Source: Anaerolineae bacterium
GTDB taxonomy: Bacteria; Chloroflexota; Anaerolineae; B4-G1; SLSP01
Direction: 5' to 3'
Length of the DNA: 64,000 bases
NCBI GenBank assembly: GCA_034676805.1
Contig: JAXDDO010000064.1
Span: forward strand, 7,647 to 71,646
Below are positions 47,002-56,504 of this stretch, piece after piece. The notes beneath the pieces were generated by a model. The model ran no database searches. It was not told where the DNA came from and saw only the letters and a list, made by a program, of their open reading frames with translations. A program made the translations under genes and the position numbers. Each line of letters starts with the position of its first letter. Positions within the stretch are counted from its first letter, which is position 1.

Positions 47002-48312
47002 ATGGTTCGGCGACTGACGTTACTGAGTCTAGTCCTAGCAGCGCTTCTCACGATGAGCGCTCCCGTAGCGGCCCAGGGTCCGATCACCCCCCAGCACTCC
47101 GACCCTACGTGGCAGGCCTCGTACTGGAACAACACCAGTCTATCGGGGACACCGGTGCTGACACAGGCCGAAGCAAACATCGATCACGACTGGTGGGTCA
47201 ACTCACCGGCTCAAGGTGTCGTCAACGCAGACGGCTTCTCGGTCCGGTGGACACGGTACATCGATGTGACGCCAGGAACCTATCAGTTCACCGTCACGAG
47301 CGACGACGGCATCCGCATCTGGGTGGACGACGCGCTGATTCTGGACGAGTGGAGCATCCACCCGCCACAGAGCTACACCGCCGACGTGTACCTGGGGGCT
47401 GGGCACCATCTCATCAAGGTGGAGTACTTCGAGGAAGGAGGTGTCGCCATCGCCAAGGTGCAGTACCATCTGAAAGGCCAGGTTCCAACAACCGGGGACT
47501 GGAAGGCCGAGTACTTCAACAACCTGACGCTGGCTGGCACCCCCGCGCTGGTGCGCAACGAATCCGCGGTCAACCACAACTGGGGCACCGGATCTCCGCA
47601 GGCCGGCACGATCAACGCGGACAACTTCTCGGCCCGCTGGACCAGGAGCCTCGACCTGCCTGCGGGCAACTACACCTTCAGTCTGACCGTCGATGACGGG
47701 GCCAGGTTATGGGTCAACGGCCACCTCTTGGTGGACGCTTGGTACGAGCAAGCGGCAACGACCTACTCCGGACAGCTCTATCTGCCAGGCGGTCCGATCA
47801 CTGTGGAGCTGCAGTACTTCGAGAAGAGCGGTCTCGCCGTCGCGCAGTTGGTGTGGACTTCGGGAACCACACCTCCTCCCCCACCGGCGGGTACCGTGGT
47901 CGTCGATGACACCGACCTGGGCTTCGTCAAGGGTGGTGCAGTTACCGGGTGGCGCACGGTGCCCGAAGGGTACAACGGTCGCTTGACCTGGACCTACAAC
48001 AACTACGGAGTCGCTTCCAACTACAACTGGGCGCGCTGGTATCCGTCGCTCGAGGCTGGTTGGTATGAGGTCTTCGTCTACATTCCCGACCGGTATACGA
48101 CCACGGCCAAGGCACGGTACTGGGTTAGCCACGCGAACGGCTATACCCTGCGCATCGTCGACCAGTCGGCCAACGGCGATCGCTGGGTCTCGCTGGGAAC
48201 CTATCGCTTCGCGGGCACGAGCGGCGACTACGTGTCGCTGTCGGACGTGACCTATGAACCGTACCGCACGCGTCTGATCGGCTTCGACGCGGTCAAGTGG
48301 GAGCGCCGATAA
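47002..48312 (+). CDS. Secreted protein: two PA14 domains, poly-Pro linker, and a C-terminal ~140-aa beta-rich domain
   Basis: Signal peptide. Two PA14 repeats with the same signature as the gene at 32913. TTPPPPPAG linker. C-terminal domain WYEVFVYIP...ARYWVSH...WVSLGTYRF, possibly of the kind appended to wall-associated proteins (low-confidence recollection). Confidence 0.8.
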   Translation: MVRRLTLLSLVLAALLTMSAPVAAQGPITPQHSDPTWQASYWNNTSLSGTPVLTQAEANIDHDWWVNSPAQGVVNADGFSVRWTRYIDVTPGTYQFTVTSDDGIRIWVDDALILDEWSIHPPQSYTADVYLGAGHHLIKVEYFEEGGVAIAKVQYHLKGQVPTTGDWKAEYFNNLTLAGTPALVRNESAVNHNWGTGSPQAGTINADNFSARWTRSLDLPAGNYTFSLTVDDGARLWVNGHLLVDAWYEQAATTYSGQLYLPGGPITVELQYFEKSGLAVAQLVWTSGTTPPPPPAGTVVVDDTDLGFVKGGAVTGWRTVPEGYNGRLTWTYNNYGVASNYNWARWYPSLEAGWYEVFVYIPDRYTTTAKARYWVSHANGYTLRIVDQSANGDRWVSLGTYRFAGTSGDYVSLSDVTYEPYRTRLIGFDAVKWERR

Positions 48313-48343
48313 GTCGACCATCGCGGTGCTCCGAGTTACCACG

Positions 48344-48386
48344 ACCGGCCCGGACGTGCAGAGCACGCGCCGGGCCGGTTTCTTTG
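48344..48386 (+). terminator. Intrinsic terminator between convergent genes
   Basis: 10-bp stem ACCGGCCCGG / CCGGGCCGGT followed by TTCTTTG. Confidence 0.75.
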
Positions 48387-48425
48387 TCAGTCAGACCAAG
48401 CGTGAAGGCACCGACCCACCGATTA

Positions 48426-49469
48426 CTACGGTGCCGGTCCAGCCTCAGAGGTAGCCGTCGACGTGATCTCCGGCGCAGTCGTATAGGTGGGCTGGGGCTC
48501 CGGCGTAGCCGTCGACGTTGCCGGCACGATGGGCGTGAGCGTCGGCGTCGCCTCCAAGGTCGGCACCTCGGTCTCAGTGCTCTCGGGGGTTGGCGGAACA
48601 GGGCTCGACGTTGGCGTGGGTTCTGCAGTCGGCCAGGGCCACGGCACTGGTGTCCACGTGGGGATGAGCACGGGCGTCTCGCTTGGTGTTAGCGTAACCG
48701 TAGGCATCGTAGTCTGCGTGGGCGTGGATGAGGGGGTCATCGTGACGCTAGGCTCCGGTGTAGCCGAAGGGAAACTCGTCGGCGTCGGGGCTCGCGTGGC
48801 TGTTCGAACAGGCGTCGGGGGCACCACGATGTACGGTGGAGCCCATAGCCAGCTACCTGCCAGGATGCGGTCGCTTCTCAGGCAGTTGGCCTGGCGCAGC
48901 GCCTCTACCGTTGTGCCGTAGCGCACCGCAAGTGCATAGAGCGTTTCACCGGCGCGAACCTGCACCTGGCGCCAGTTCGCTGGATGATTGCAGCGATAGA
49001 CGACTGGCGTGGCAGTCGCAAGCACGGGCACGTAGAACCACTCGCCGGGCTCGAGCGCACGAACCGCATCCAGGCAGTTTGCTCGCAGCAGTTCCTGGAC
49101 GTTGGTCTGAACGCTGGCCTCCGCAAGCGAATAGACAGTGTCGCCCTCCACAACTTGATAGCGCTGCCAACCTGCTGGCATCGGGCATATCGCCTCTTGA
49201 GTCGGAGACGGAAACGCAGATGGAGCGGGAGAGGGCGTTGTCGACGCCACTTCGGTAGTGGGCTGTGGCGTCGCCTGGGGCGGCCTCAGTGTAGGCGGCG
49301 AGGCCGTTGGGTAGAGTGTGGGCGTAGCGAATGACAATGGCCTCCAGGGCGACTGTGCAGTCATCAGAGTGTCTATCTGGGCCAACCAGATGCTCCCGAC
49401 CACAGCCCCGAGCACCAGGGTGCCGAGAAACATCACGCCAATGAACCGAACCAGGGAACCGTGAAACAA
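48426..49469 (-). CDS. Membrane-anchored protein with two LysM domains and a ~130-aa Thr/Pro-rich tail
   Basis: LysM-1 YQVVEGDTVYSLAE...WFYVP. LysM-2 VQVRAGETLYALAVRYG...WLWAP. TTG start at 49469 sits 8 nt after a GAGGAG that lies in the last codons of the upstream kinase gene. Confidence 0.8.
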   Translation of the reverse strand: MFHGSLVRFIGVMFLGTLVLGAVVGSIWLAQIDTLMTAQSPWRPLSFATPTLYPTASPPTLRPPQATPQPTTEVASTTPSPAPSAFPSPTQEAICPMPAGWQRYQVVEGDTVYSLAEASVQTNVQELLRANCLDAVRALEPGEWFYVPVLATATPVVYRCNHPANWRQVQVRAGETLYALAVRYGTTVEALRQANCLRSDRILAGSWLWAPPYIVVPPTPVRTATRAPTPTSFPSATPEPSVTMTPSSTPTQTTMPTVTLTPSETPVLIPTWTPVPWPWPTAEPTPTSSPVPPTPESTETEVPTLEATPTLTPIVPATSTATPEPQPTYTTAPEITSTATSEAGPAP

Positions 49470-49471
49470 GT

Positions 49472-52267
49472 CTACGTCTCCTCAACCTGCGGCGTTTCTG
49501 CAGCAGGGAGCAAGAAACTGAAGGTGCTTCCTACGCCCTCCTCGCTCTCAACCCAGATGCGTCCCCCGTTCGCCTCGACGAGCGTCTTGGCCATCGCTAT
49601 GCCCACGCCGGTCTCGCCCATTCCTTGCACGAGCGGCTGATTGGCCCGGAAGAGCCGCCGGAACACCCGGCTGTAGTCAACCGGGTTGATCCCTCCCCCA
49701 GTGTCGGTGACCGAGACACGCACGTGCCGGGCCATCTCACCGTCGGTTTCCTCGGCACTGACCACAATCTGGGTACCTTCAGCAGAGCACAGGGCAGCAT
49801 TGGACAGCAGCCGTAGCATGATTTGGTAGAGGCTGTCGCGGTCTGCCACGGCTCGCGAGAGCTCTTGAGGTAGATCGAGCTGCACAGCGAGCTTGCGCTC
49901 ACGGAACCGCGCAGCCAGGCCCATGATGGCCTCTTCGATGATCTCAATCAAGTTCACGGGCTGGGGCGAGAGCTCGACTGGTCGCGAATCGGGAGAAGAG
50001 GTCTGGATCAGATCGTTGAGTAGATGGTTGAGTTGCTCAACGTTGGCCTTCACGCGCTCCAAGAACTGGTGCTGCATACCCGTGAGAATACCGGCCTGTT
50101 CCCCCAGAAGTAGGTCCGTGTAACCGGTGATCGCAGTCATAGGCGTGCGGAAATCGTTGACCAGGCTGACCAAAGCCTCACGCCGCTCGGCATCACTCTC
50201 TGGAGTGCGCAGCGTAATCACAAGGCCATCCACCCTTCCATCTCGCCCTTGAAGCGCAGCCAAGTCAGCCTCGATGCTGCCATTGTCTACGACCAGACTC
50301 AAATGTGTGCGCCCAGGCCCTCTGCCGTTCGATGGCGCCAGAAGCGCGTCCACCGCCCTGGACCACTCGGCGTCAGCGTAAGCGCCATTGATAGGCATGC
50401 CAACAACATCGCCTTCGGGCAGATGCAGCATCTGGCGTGCCAGAGCATCGGCCATCGTGATCTGGCCCTCCTGATCGGCAATCACCAATCCGACGGCGCC
50501 CTGCTCCGTGACGGCATCTTCGTGCGCTACCGACCCCGCTTGGAGGCTCTCTGGCTGCGTTGTCTGTGTGACGATATGGGCACCGGCCTCCCCAATACGG
50601 GTATTCAGGGCGGCAACCTCGTCCTCCAGGCGGGCGCGATGGCTTTCGACCTGCTCCAGTTCCTGGCGGGCTTCCGAAAGTTCCTGTCCAAGTCGGGCGC
50701 GTTCCTCCAGCAGCATGTCGCGGTCGACGGTGAGTTCTTTGATCTTCCGCTGCATCACCTCACGCTCATCGGCCAACTGCCGGACCTCGTTCTGCCACAC
50801 TTCCAGTTCAGCTTGCGAGACATCCGCTTTGCGCCCATCCAATTCACTGTTGAGCGCCAGGATCTCCTCATCGCGGGCTTTGATCTCCTGCACCAGGCTG
50901 CGAATCCGGGCGTTCAGCGCCTGGACCTGTACCTTAGCTTGCTCGATGATCCTTTCAGCGTTCTGCTGTCCTACAACGGGCTTTGCCTCGGCGCCCACCT
51001 CGACCGCTTCTTGGACCCTGGAAGCCATCGCACGGCTCTCGGACACCCGCGACCGCGCCTGAGCGATCGCCTCGCCCAACAGATCGCCTACAAGGATCGC
51101 CGCATCCAGCGCATCCTCGCGCCAACTCCGCGCCCCTTGCGGCCCTCCCAACAACAGCAGGCCCAGCCTGTGTTGTTGCTGTGCCACAGGGACGATGGCC
51201 AATGGCGCGGTATGGCTGAATCCAAGCGCCTGGTACAGGGGCGCAACCCACGGGTCCTCGGCCGATGATGCCGCGACCACGGCGCGACCTTGAGCATAGG
51301 CGATATCCAGCCCCTCATAGTCCGCGAGCCTTAGGTGCGGTGGGTCGATCTGGGCCGAGTTCGGGGGATGGACTGCCACAACCCGTACCTCATCCGGGAC
51401 CTCTTCGCCGACAAGCCCGATCGCACAGACGTCAGCGTGCAGCAGGCCGGCCAACCGCGACGAAGCTACAATCAGCGTAGACTCCAGATTGCGCGACCCG
51501 CTGACGCTCTGGATTACTTCGGCGAGCGGCACACCTTCGAGAAGGCTGCCGCTGCGGCGGCTGGCGACCAGCGGGCGGGCCTGCAACTGGCGTGGCACGA
51601 GCATGGAGAGCAGGGGCAGCGCTACCAGAGACGCCAAGCGCTGCCAACCGTCCACTGCCTGCGTCGGATCGCGCCACACAAGCTGTGCCACGGTACCGAG
51701 CAGCCAGAAAAGCGTCACGCTCAGCGACCACTCGCGCTCAGGTACCCTGAGCACCAGGTTCAGGACCAAGCTCACCAGCAGCGTAACCAGGACTACAGCC
51801 TGCTGCCAGACGAACGGTTCGGCTGCGAGGGACACCCCTTGCCGGGCGCGGAACAGCGTATCGGCCCCGAACGCGAGCCCCGTGATCACAAGCCAACTCG
51901 CTAGAGCCATCGTCTGCCATGGACGGGAGTGAGCTCCAAGCAGCGCGGCCCAGATGAAGGCCGCCACACTGGCGACGAGCAACCATCGCTCAAATGGGGG
52001 AACGAAATCCGCAGGTGAAAGCACGCCGCCCACCCCAAGAAGGCCCAGGACGATCAGGCCAACACGCCCGACCAACATGCCTCCCGTGGCCCACAGCCAG
52101 CGCCGCGCGTGGGCCAGTGCCGGCGCGCTGCGATAGGCCGTAAGCGCTGCAACAAACGCCTGCTGCAACGCGAAGAGCGTCACCAGGAAATAGACGAGGT
52201 TTCCTGGCGACTGGGTTATGACCCGGATGACTTCGTCGAGAATACGCATATCCATCTTGGAGTTCAA
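49472..52267 (-). CDS. Membrane sensor kinase-like protein: ~7 TM, GAF, long coiled coil, PAS, degenerate HisKA, HATPase_c
   Basis: 931 aa. The H-box reads LVNDFRTPMTAITGY, with Asn where the phospho-acceptor His is expected. N-box LLSNAA, DTGGGI and GETGVGIAMAK are intact. Confidence 0.85.
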   Translation of the reverse strand: MNSKMDMRILDEVIRVITQSPGNLVYFLVTLFALQQAFVAALTAYRSAPALAHARRWLWATGGMLVGRVGLIVLGLLGVGGVLSPADFVPPFERWLLVASVAAFIWAALLGAHSRPWQTMALASWLVITGLAFGADTLFRARQGVSLAAEPFVWQQAVVLVTLLVSLVLNLVLRVPEREWSLSVTLFWLLGTVAQLVWRDPTQAVDGWQRLASLVALPLLSMLVPRQLQARPLVASRRSGSLLEGVPLAEVIQSVSGSRNLESTLIVASSRLAGLLHADVCAIGLVGEEVPDEVRVVAVHPPNSAQIDPPHLRLADYEGLDIAYAQGRAVVAASSAEDPWVAPLYQALGFSHTAPLAIVPVAQQQHRLGLLLLGGPQGARSWREDALDAAILVGDLLGEAIAQARSRVSESRAMASRVQEAVEVGAEAKPVVGQQNAERIIEQAKVQVQALNARIRSLVQEIKARDEEILALNSELDGRKADVSQAELEVWQNEVRQLADEREVMQRKIKELTVDRDMLLEERARLGQELSEARQELEQVESHRARLEDEVAALNTRIGEAGAHIVTQTTQPESLQAGSVAHEDAVTEQGAVGLVIADQEGQITMADALARQMLHLPEGDVVGMPINGAYADAEWSRAVDALLAPSNGRGPGRTHLSLVVDNGSIEADLAALQGRDGRVDGLVITLRTPESDAERREALVSLVNDFRTPMTAITGYTDLLLGEQAGILTGMQHQFLERVKANVEQLNHLLNDLIQTSSPDSRPVELSPQPVNLIEIIEEAIMGLAARFRERKLAVQLDLPQELSRAVADRDSLYQIMLRLLSNAALCSAEGTQIVVSAEETDGEMARHVRVSVTDTGGGINPVDYSRVFRRLFRANQPLVQGMGETGVGIAMAKTLVEANGGRIWVESEEGVGSTFSFLLPAAETPQVEET

Positions 52268-52325
52268 CTTCGATTATAAGGTACAAAGAACATGGTGACA
52301 AGGAAAGCGAAGAGCCCGTAGGCTA

Positions 52326-52334
52326 TGGTATAAT
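52326..52334 (+). promoter_or_regulatory. Extended -10 promoter element TGGTATAAT
   Basis: TGnTATAAT in the 66-bp divergent gap. It overlaps the first ATG (52333) of the ORF, which argues for a downstream start codon. Confidence 0.5.
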
Positions 52335-52422
52335 GCGGGGGATGTCGGATGCGGGGAAGTCCTGGCAATGCCTCGAGTTATTGCGGTATCGCCACCTGGG
52401 GGGGACGACACACAACACGGTT

Positions 52423-53691
52423 ATGAGCACGATCAGCACATGCCGGACTGTCAGGGTCACCAAGCCACTCCTGGCCCTCACCATCCTCCTGCCCCTTTTG
52501 GTCTGGGGAGCAGACGTAACCCCCGTGCTCTCCTCGGCCTCCAGGATCTATCTCGACAGCGGCAGCACCCGGCCCTTTTCAGCAGATGCGACGGGCGACT
52601 ACATCTGCACCGCGCAACTGATGCGGCGCGATCCCTCGCGCTGTCCTGCCTACGGCCCTATGGCACGCCAGGCACGCTTGGACTACCTCCGCTCCAGGCT
52701 GCCCGATCCACTCCCCGAGCTGGCGATCGAGGAGATCGAGATACCCGGAGATGCCATCACGCCATACAGCTTCGCATACGTAAGGCCTTTGCCGGCAACA
52801 ACCTATCGCCACCCTGAAGAAGCGGCTGCAGGCCTCCCACCCGTTCGCGAGTTTCTTGCCGGTGACAACTGGGTTAGCGTGATGGGCTCCCTGGACTACA
52901 ACGGCGCACAGTGGTACGAGATCAATCCCGAGGAGTTCATCCTCGCAGAACATATCGCGTTCTCGCAGCCATCACGTTTTCACGGTGTTGTTCTGAGCGA
53001 CCAACCGCAGTACCCCTTTGGATGGATCAATCGAGATATCAGCCCGTCCGCGGTGCCTGGGGAGGCGCCGCGAGCCGACGTCGTACGGCGCCGGTATGAA
53101 CGCATCACGATGTTCGCCCAAGAGCCGATAGATGAGCAGCTCTGGTACCTGATCGGACCTGACCAATGGGTCGAGCAGTCATACACGTCACGGGTCGATG
53201 TCGATGCGCCACCGGAAGGCGTTGAACCCGGCGAGAAGTGGATTGAGATCAACACCTTTGAGCAGACGCTCGCGGCCTACGAAGGCGAGCGCATGGTCTT
53301 TGCTACGCTCGTTTCCTCCGGAAGGCCAGCGACCTGGACGCCGAATGGCCTTACCAGGATTTGGGGCAAGCTGCCCACAACTCCAATGAGCAACCACGAC
53401 GTGGAGCCCGACAGCCCGGCCTGGTATTACCTCGAGGACGTGGAGTGGACCCAGTACTTCAACGGGGCATATGCCCTCCACGCAGCCTACTGGCACAACT
53501 CGTTCAGCTTCACACGCAGCCATGGCTGCGTTAACCTTGCCATCCTGGACGCGAAATGGCTCTTCGATTGGACCTCACCCTACACACCCGAGGACGCCAA
53601 GATCGTCTATAGTGATGATCAGAATCCAGGCACGTGGGTGTGGGTGCATATGACCTCTCCCTCCGCCAACATCGTAGTGTCATCGCACTAG
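52423..53691 (+). CDS. L,D-transpeptidase (YkuD domain) with an N-terminal signal anchor
   Basis: YkuD signature ALHAAYWHNSFSFTRSHGCVNL. Start ambiguous (52333, 52342 or 52423). 52423 gives MSTISTCRTVRVTKPLLALTILLPLLVWG. Confidence 0.8.
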   Translation: MSTISTCRTVRVTKPLLALTILLPLLVWGADVTPVLSSASRIYLDSGSTRPFSADATGDYICTAQLMRRDPSRCPAYGPMARQARLDYLRSRLPDPLPELAIEEIEIPGDAITPYSFAYVRPLPATTYRHPEEAAAGLPPVREFLAGDNWVSVMGSLDYNGAQWYEINPEEFILAEHIAFSQPSRFHGVVLSDQPQYPFGWINRDISPSAVPGEAPRADVVRRRYERITMFAQEPIDEQLWYLIGPDQWVEQSYTSRVDVDAPPEGVEPGEKWIEINTFEQTLAAYEGERMVFATLVSSGRPATWTPNGLTRIWGKLPTTPMSNHDVEPDSPAWYYLEDVEWTQYFNGAYALHAAYWHNSFSFTRSHGCVNLAILDAKWLFDWTSPYTPEDAKIVYSDDQNPGTWVWVHMTSPSANIVVSSH

Positions 53692-53711
53692 AAGACGGTC
53701 GCAAGGAACGG

Positions 53712-54842
53712 ATGCCACTGGACACAGCGCTCCGCGAGTATCTAGAGTCAAACCGTGAGGAGGCCCAGCAACGCCTCCTCACGTGGTTTGAGGGCGCAGC
53801 ACGTGACCTGCCCTGGCGCCGAGAGCGAACCCCATATCGCGTGTGGCTGGCTGAGACTATGTTGCAGCAGACCCAGGTGGACACCGTACGCGGCTATTAC
53901 ACGCGATTTCTGGAGAAGTTCCCCACCGTGCACGCCCTAGCCAATGCGTCGCTGGAAGACGTGCTCAAACAATGGGAGGGATTGGGATACTATGGCCGGG
54001 CACGTGCATTGCATCGCGCGGCCCAAGTCCTCGTCGAGACAGGCGACGGCAGCCTGCCCCGCGACGTCGCCGCACTGCGCGCTCTGCCGGGCATTGGGGC
54101 CTACACCGCCGGAGCCATCGCCAGCATTGCGTTCGGCATCCCCGCTCCTGCGGTCGACGGCAATGTGCGCCGCGTTATGGCGCGCGTACTGGCACTGCCG
54201 GAGCCGAGTCAACGTGAGTTGGAGGACGCTGTCACGGTCTGGCTGCCCACGCACGCACCGGGAGCGTTCAACGAAGGCTTGATGGAGCTGGGTGCGACGC
54301 TCTGCTCCCCGCGCTCGCCGCGCTGCCTGCTGTGCCCCTGGCACTCGCTCTGCCAGGCCCGCAATCGGGGTGAACAGGAACGCTACCCTGCGCCCAGGTC
54401 GCGCAGGGCCATACCCCACTACGACGTGACAGCCGCCGTCACGATCGAGCAGCGCCCGTATCCAGCCACCGATCCAACCGAGCTTCGTATTCTCGTGGCC
54501 CAGCGTCCGCAGGAAGCGATGCTTGGCGGACTATGGGAGTTTCCCGGCGGCAAGCGCCAGCCGGGTGAGACACTCCCAGAGGCGTTGAGAAGAGAGCTGC
54601 TGGAGGAAATGGGGATCATCGTCGACGTTGGTGAGGAGCTCACGACGGTGAAGCACGCCTACACGCACTTTCGCATCACACTCTATGCGTTTCTCTGCCA
54701 ACTGGAGCAGGGCGAACCACGTTGCCTGGAGTGTCAGGATTTCCGCTGGGCCACGCTCGATGAGATCCGCGCCCTTCCGATGGCAGTCACCGATCGCAGG
54801 ATCGCCGCCGCCCTGGAGCGCTGGGTGCAGGCGAGCGCATAA
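53712..54842 (+). CDS. mutY: A/G-specific adenine DNA glycosylase
   Basis: HhH-GPD core (LPGIGAYTAGAIASIAF), [4Fe-4S] loop CSPRSPRCLLCPWHSLC, C-terminal Nudix-like domain. ATG at 53712 after AAGGAA. Confidence 0.9.
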   Translation: MPLDTALREYLESNREEAQQRLLTWFEGAARDLPWRRERTPYRVWLAETMLQQTQVDTVRGYYTRFLEKFPTVHALANASLEDVLKQWEGLGYYGRARALHRAAQVLVETGDGSLPRDVAALRALPGIGAYTAGAIASIAFGIPAPAVDGNVRRVMARVLALPEPSQRELEDAVTVWLPTHAPGAFNEGLMELGATLCSPRSPRCLLCPWHSLCQARNRGEQERYPAPRSRRAIPHYDVTAAVTIEQRPYPATDPTELRILVAQRPQEAMLGGLWEFPGGKRQPGETLPEALRRELLEEMGIIVDVGEELTTVKHAYTHFRITLYAFLCQLEQGEPRCLECQDFRWATLDEIRALPMAVTDRRIAAALERWVQASA

Positions 54843-54858
54843 GAACTACCCGGCACCA

Positions 54859-55707
54859 TCAGGCATCTAGGATGGGGAAATCAGGGTGTGGCGCTGCCGG
54901 CCCATCGCGCAGCACCACCAGCATCTCATCATGGATACGCCCGTTGCTGGCAATCACCTCGTCGCCAGAAAAAAGCCAGGTCACGCCGCCCCCGAAATCC
55001 GAAACACGCCCACCGGCCTCCTGAACCAACAATGAGCCAGCAGCCATGTCCCACGGGCTCAGACCCGGTTCCCAGAAGCCGTCGAAACGCCCACATGCCA
55101 CGTAGGCAAGGTCCAGCGCAGCGGATCCGGCCCGTCTGACGCCCTGGGAGCGTCGCAGGAAACAATCAAGCATACCGACGTTGTTGGAAGCACCCACCCG
55201 GCGATCATAGGGAAAGCCGGTCGCCAGGAACGCCCGCGATAGCGAGTCAACCGTCGAGACACGAATCGCGACACCATTGAGTGTAGCGCCCGCACCGCGT
55301 AGAGCCGCGAAGGTCTCGTCGCGCAGCGGATCGTAGACAACCCCTACCTCGATAGCCCCTGATACCATGAGCCCTAGCGAGACACAGATGTGGGGAAACC
55401 CATGGGCAAAGTTGTTAGTGCCGTCCAGCGGGTCGACCAGCCACATAGCCTCAGACTTGGCCAGGCGCGACGGCGCCATCCGTGAGACCTGCCACGCATC
55501 GCCGCCAGACTCCTCGCCGAGGATCCCGTGTTCGGGAAACGCCGCGCGGAGCCGGGAGAGGATAACGGCCTCAGCCGCCGTATCCGTTTCCGTCACTGGA
55601 TTGACAGCGCCCTTAAAGCGTACCTGGTCGATCCGGCCAAAACGCTCGCGAATGAGCGCGCCCGCTTCATGCGCGATCTCGACCGCGACGGCGAGGACAT
55701 CGTGCAT
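54859..55707 (-). CDS. Inositol monophosphatase family protein (SuhB-like)
   Basis: WLVDPLDGTNNF and GEE metal motifs. The ATG at 55707 lies 2 nt after the upstream gene's stop. Confidence 0.85.
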   Translation of the reverse strand: MHDVLAVAVEIAHEAGALIRERFGRIDQVRFKGAVNPVTETDTAAEAVILSRLRAAFPEHGILGEESGGDAWQVSRMAPSRLAKSEAMWLVDPLDGTNNFAHGFPHICVSLGLMVSGAIEVGVVYDPLRDETFAALRGAGATLNGVAIRVSTVDSLSRAFLATGFPYDRRVGASNNVGMLDCFLRRSQGVRRAGSAALDLAYVACGRFDGFWEPGLSPWDMAAGSLLVQEAGGRVSDFGGGVTWLFSGDEVIASNGRIHDEMLVVLRDGPAAPHPDFPILDA

Positions 55708-55709
55708 CC

Positions 55710-56114
55710 TCAATCCCCCGACAGAGCTTGCCACCATCGGGTCCAGAAAGCGACTCGCGTCGGCGTCGGCGTCGCCGCCGGAGGCCCGATCGGCACTGGT
55801 GTAGCCGTGGGGGTTACCGCAATCGATATGACGAGTGTCTCACCGGAGTGCGTCATCCCGGCGCGCATACGGCTCCACTCGGCCACATATTGCTCACTCT
55901 TGACGTAGTCCAGTCGCTCTTTCAGAGTCTCCTGCTCGGCCTGAGCTGCGGCCACGATCGGCTGCAGCGTCGCCAGCTCTGCCTTCAGTGCCTGGTTTGT
56001 ACGCCAGGCAGTAGAAAACGCTGACACGAGCAGGATAACGAGAGCCGCCAGAAACCCCCAGATCAACCAGGAAATTCGCTGTGCGATGAGGGATTTCTCC
56101 TCTTTCTTAGCCAT
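55710..56114 (-). CDS. Septum-formation-initiator-like (FtsB/DivIC) protein with a Pro/Thr-rich tail
   Basis: MAKKEEK, one TM, a coiled coil, then YVKSEQYVAEWSRMRAGM (DivIC-like end). The ORF extension to 56210 was rejected. Confidence 0.6.
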   Translation of the reverse strand: MAKKEEKSLIAQRISWLIWGFLAALVILLVSAFSTAWRTNQALKAELATLQPIVAAAQAEQETLKERLDYVKSEQYVAEWSRMRAGMTHSGETLVISIAVTPTATPVPIGPPAATPTPTRVAFWTRWWQALSGD

Positions 56115-56504
56115 GGTCGCCTCCATCTCGTCGAACCATACCGCCCGCGGACCACCCAAGCCGCCACAGAACACCGCCCAACGCCTTACGCCGGGCCGGC
56201 CCCCCCACACCAGAGACGCTGCAGGAGTCTTTTCAGTATAGCATTCTCCGCTGTCACTGCAATCGGCGGGACTTCAAAATAGATGGCAAGTTCGACCAAT
56301 GACGACAAACTCTCTGCAAGAGCCTGATCACAAACACAATGTGAGGGCAGTCTCTCCTATTCTAACTATCGCCTGTGCTTTCAGAAATTGGAAGGTTTTT
56401 GTCAGGTCGAGTGCCATTTCCCTAAGGCGTTTGGAAGGTCCATGTTGTTTAATAGTAGCTGGACGACTGTGGATCGATGACCCAAAGCAGCGAGCAAGGA
56501 GACC

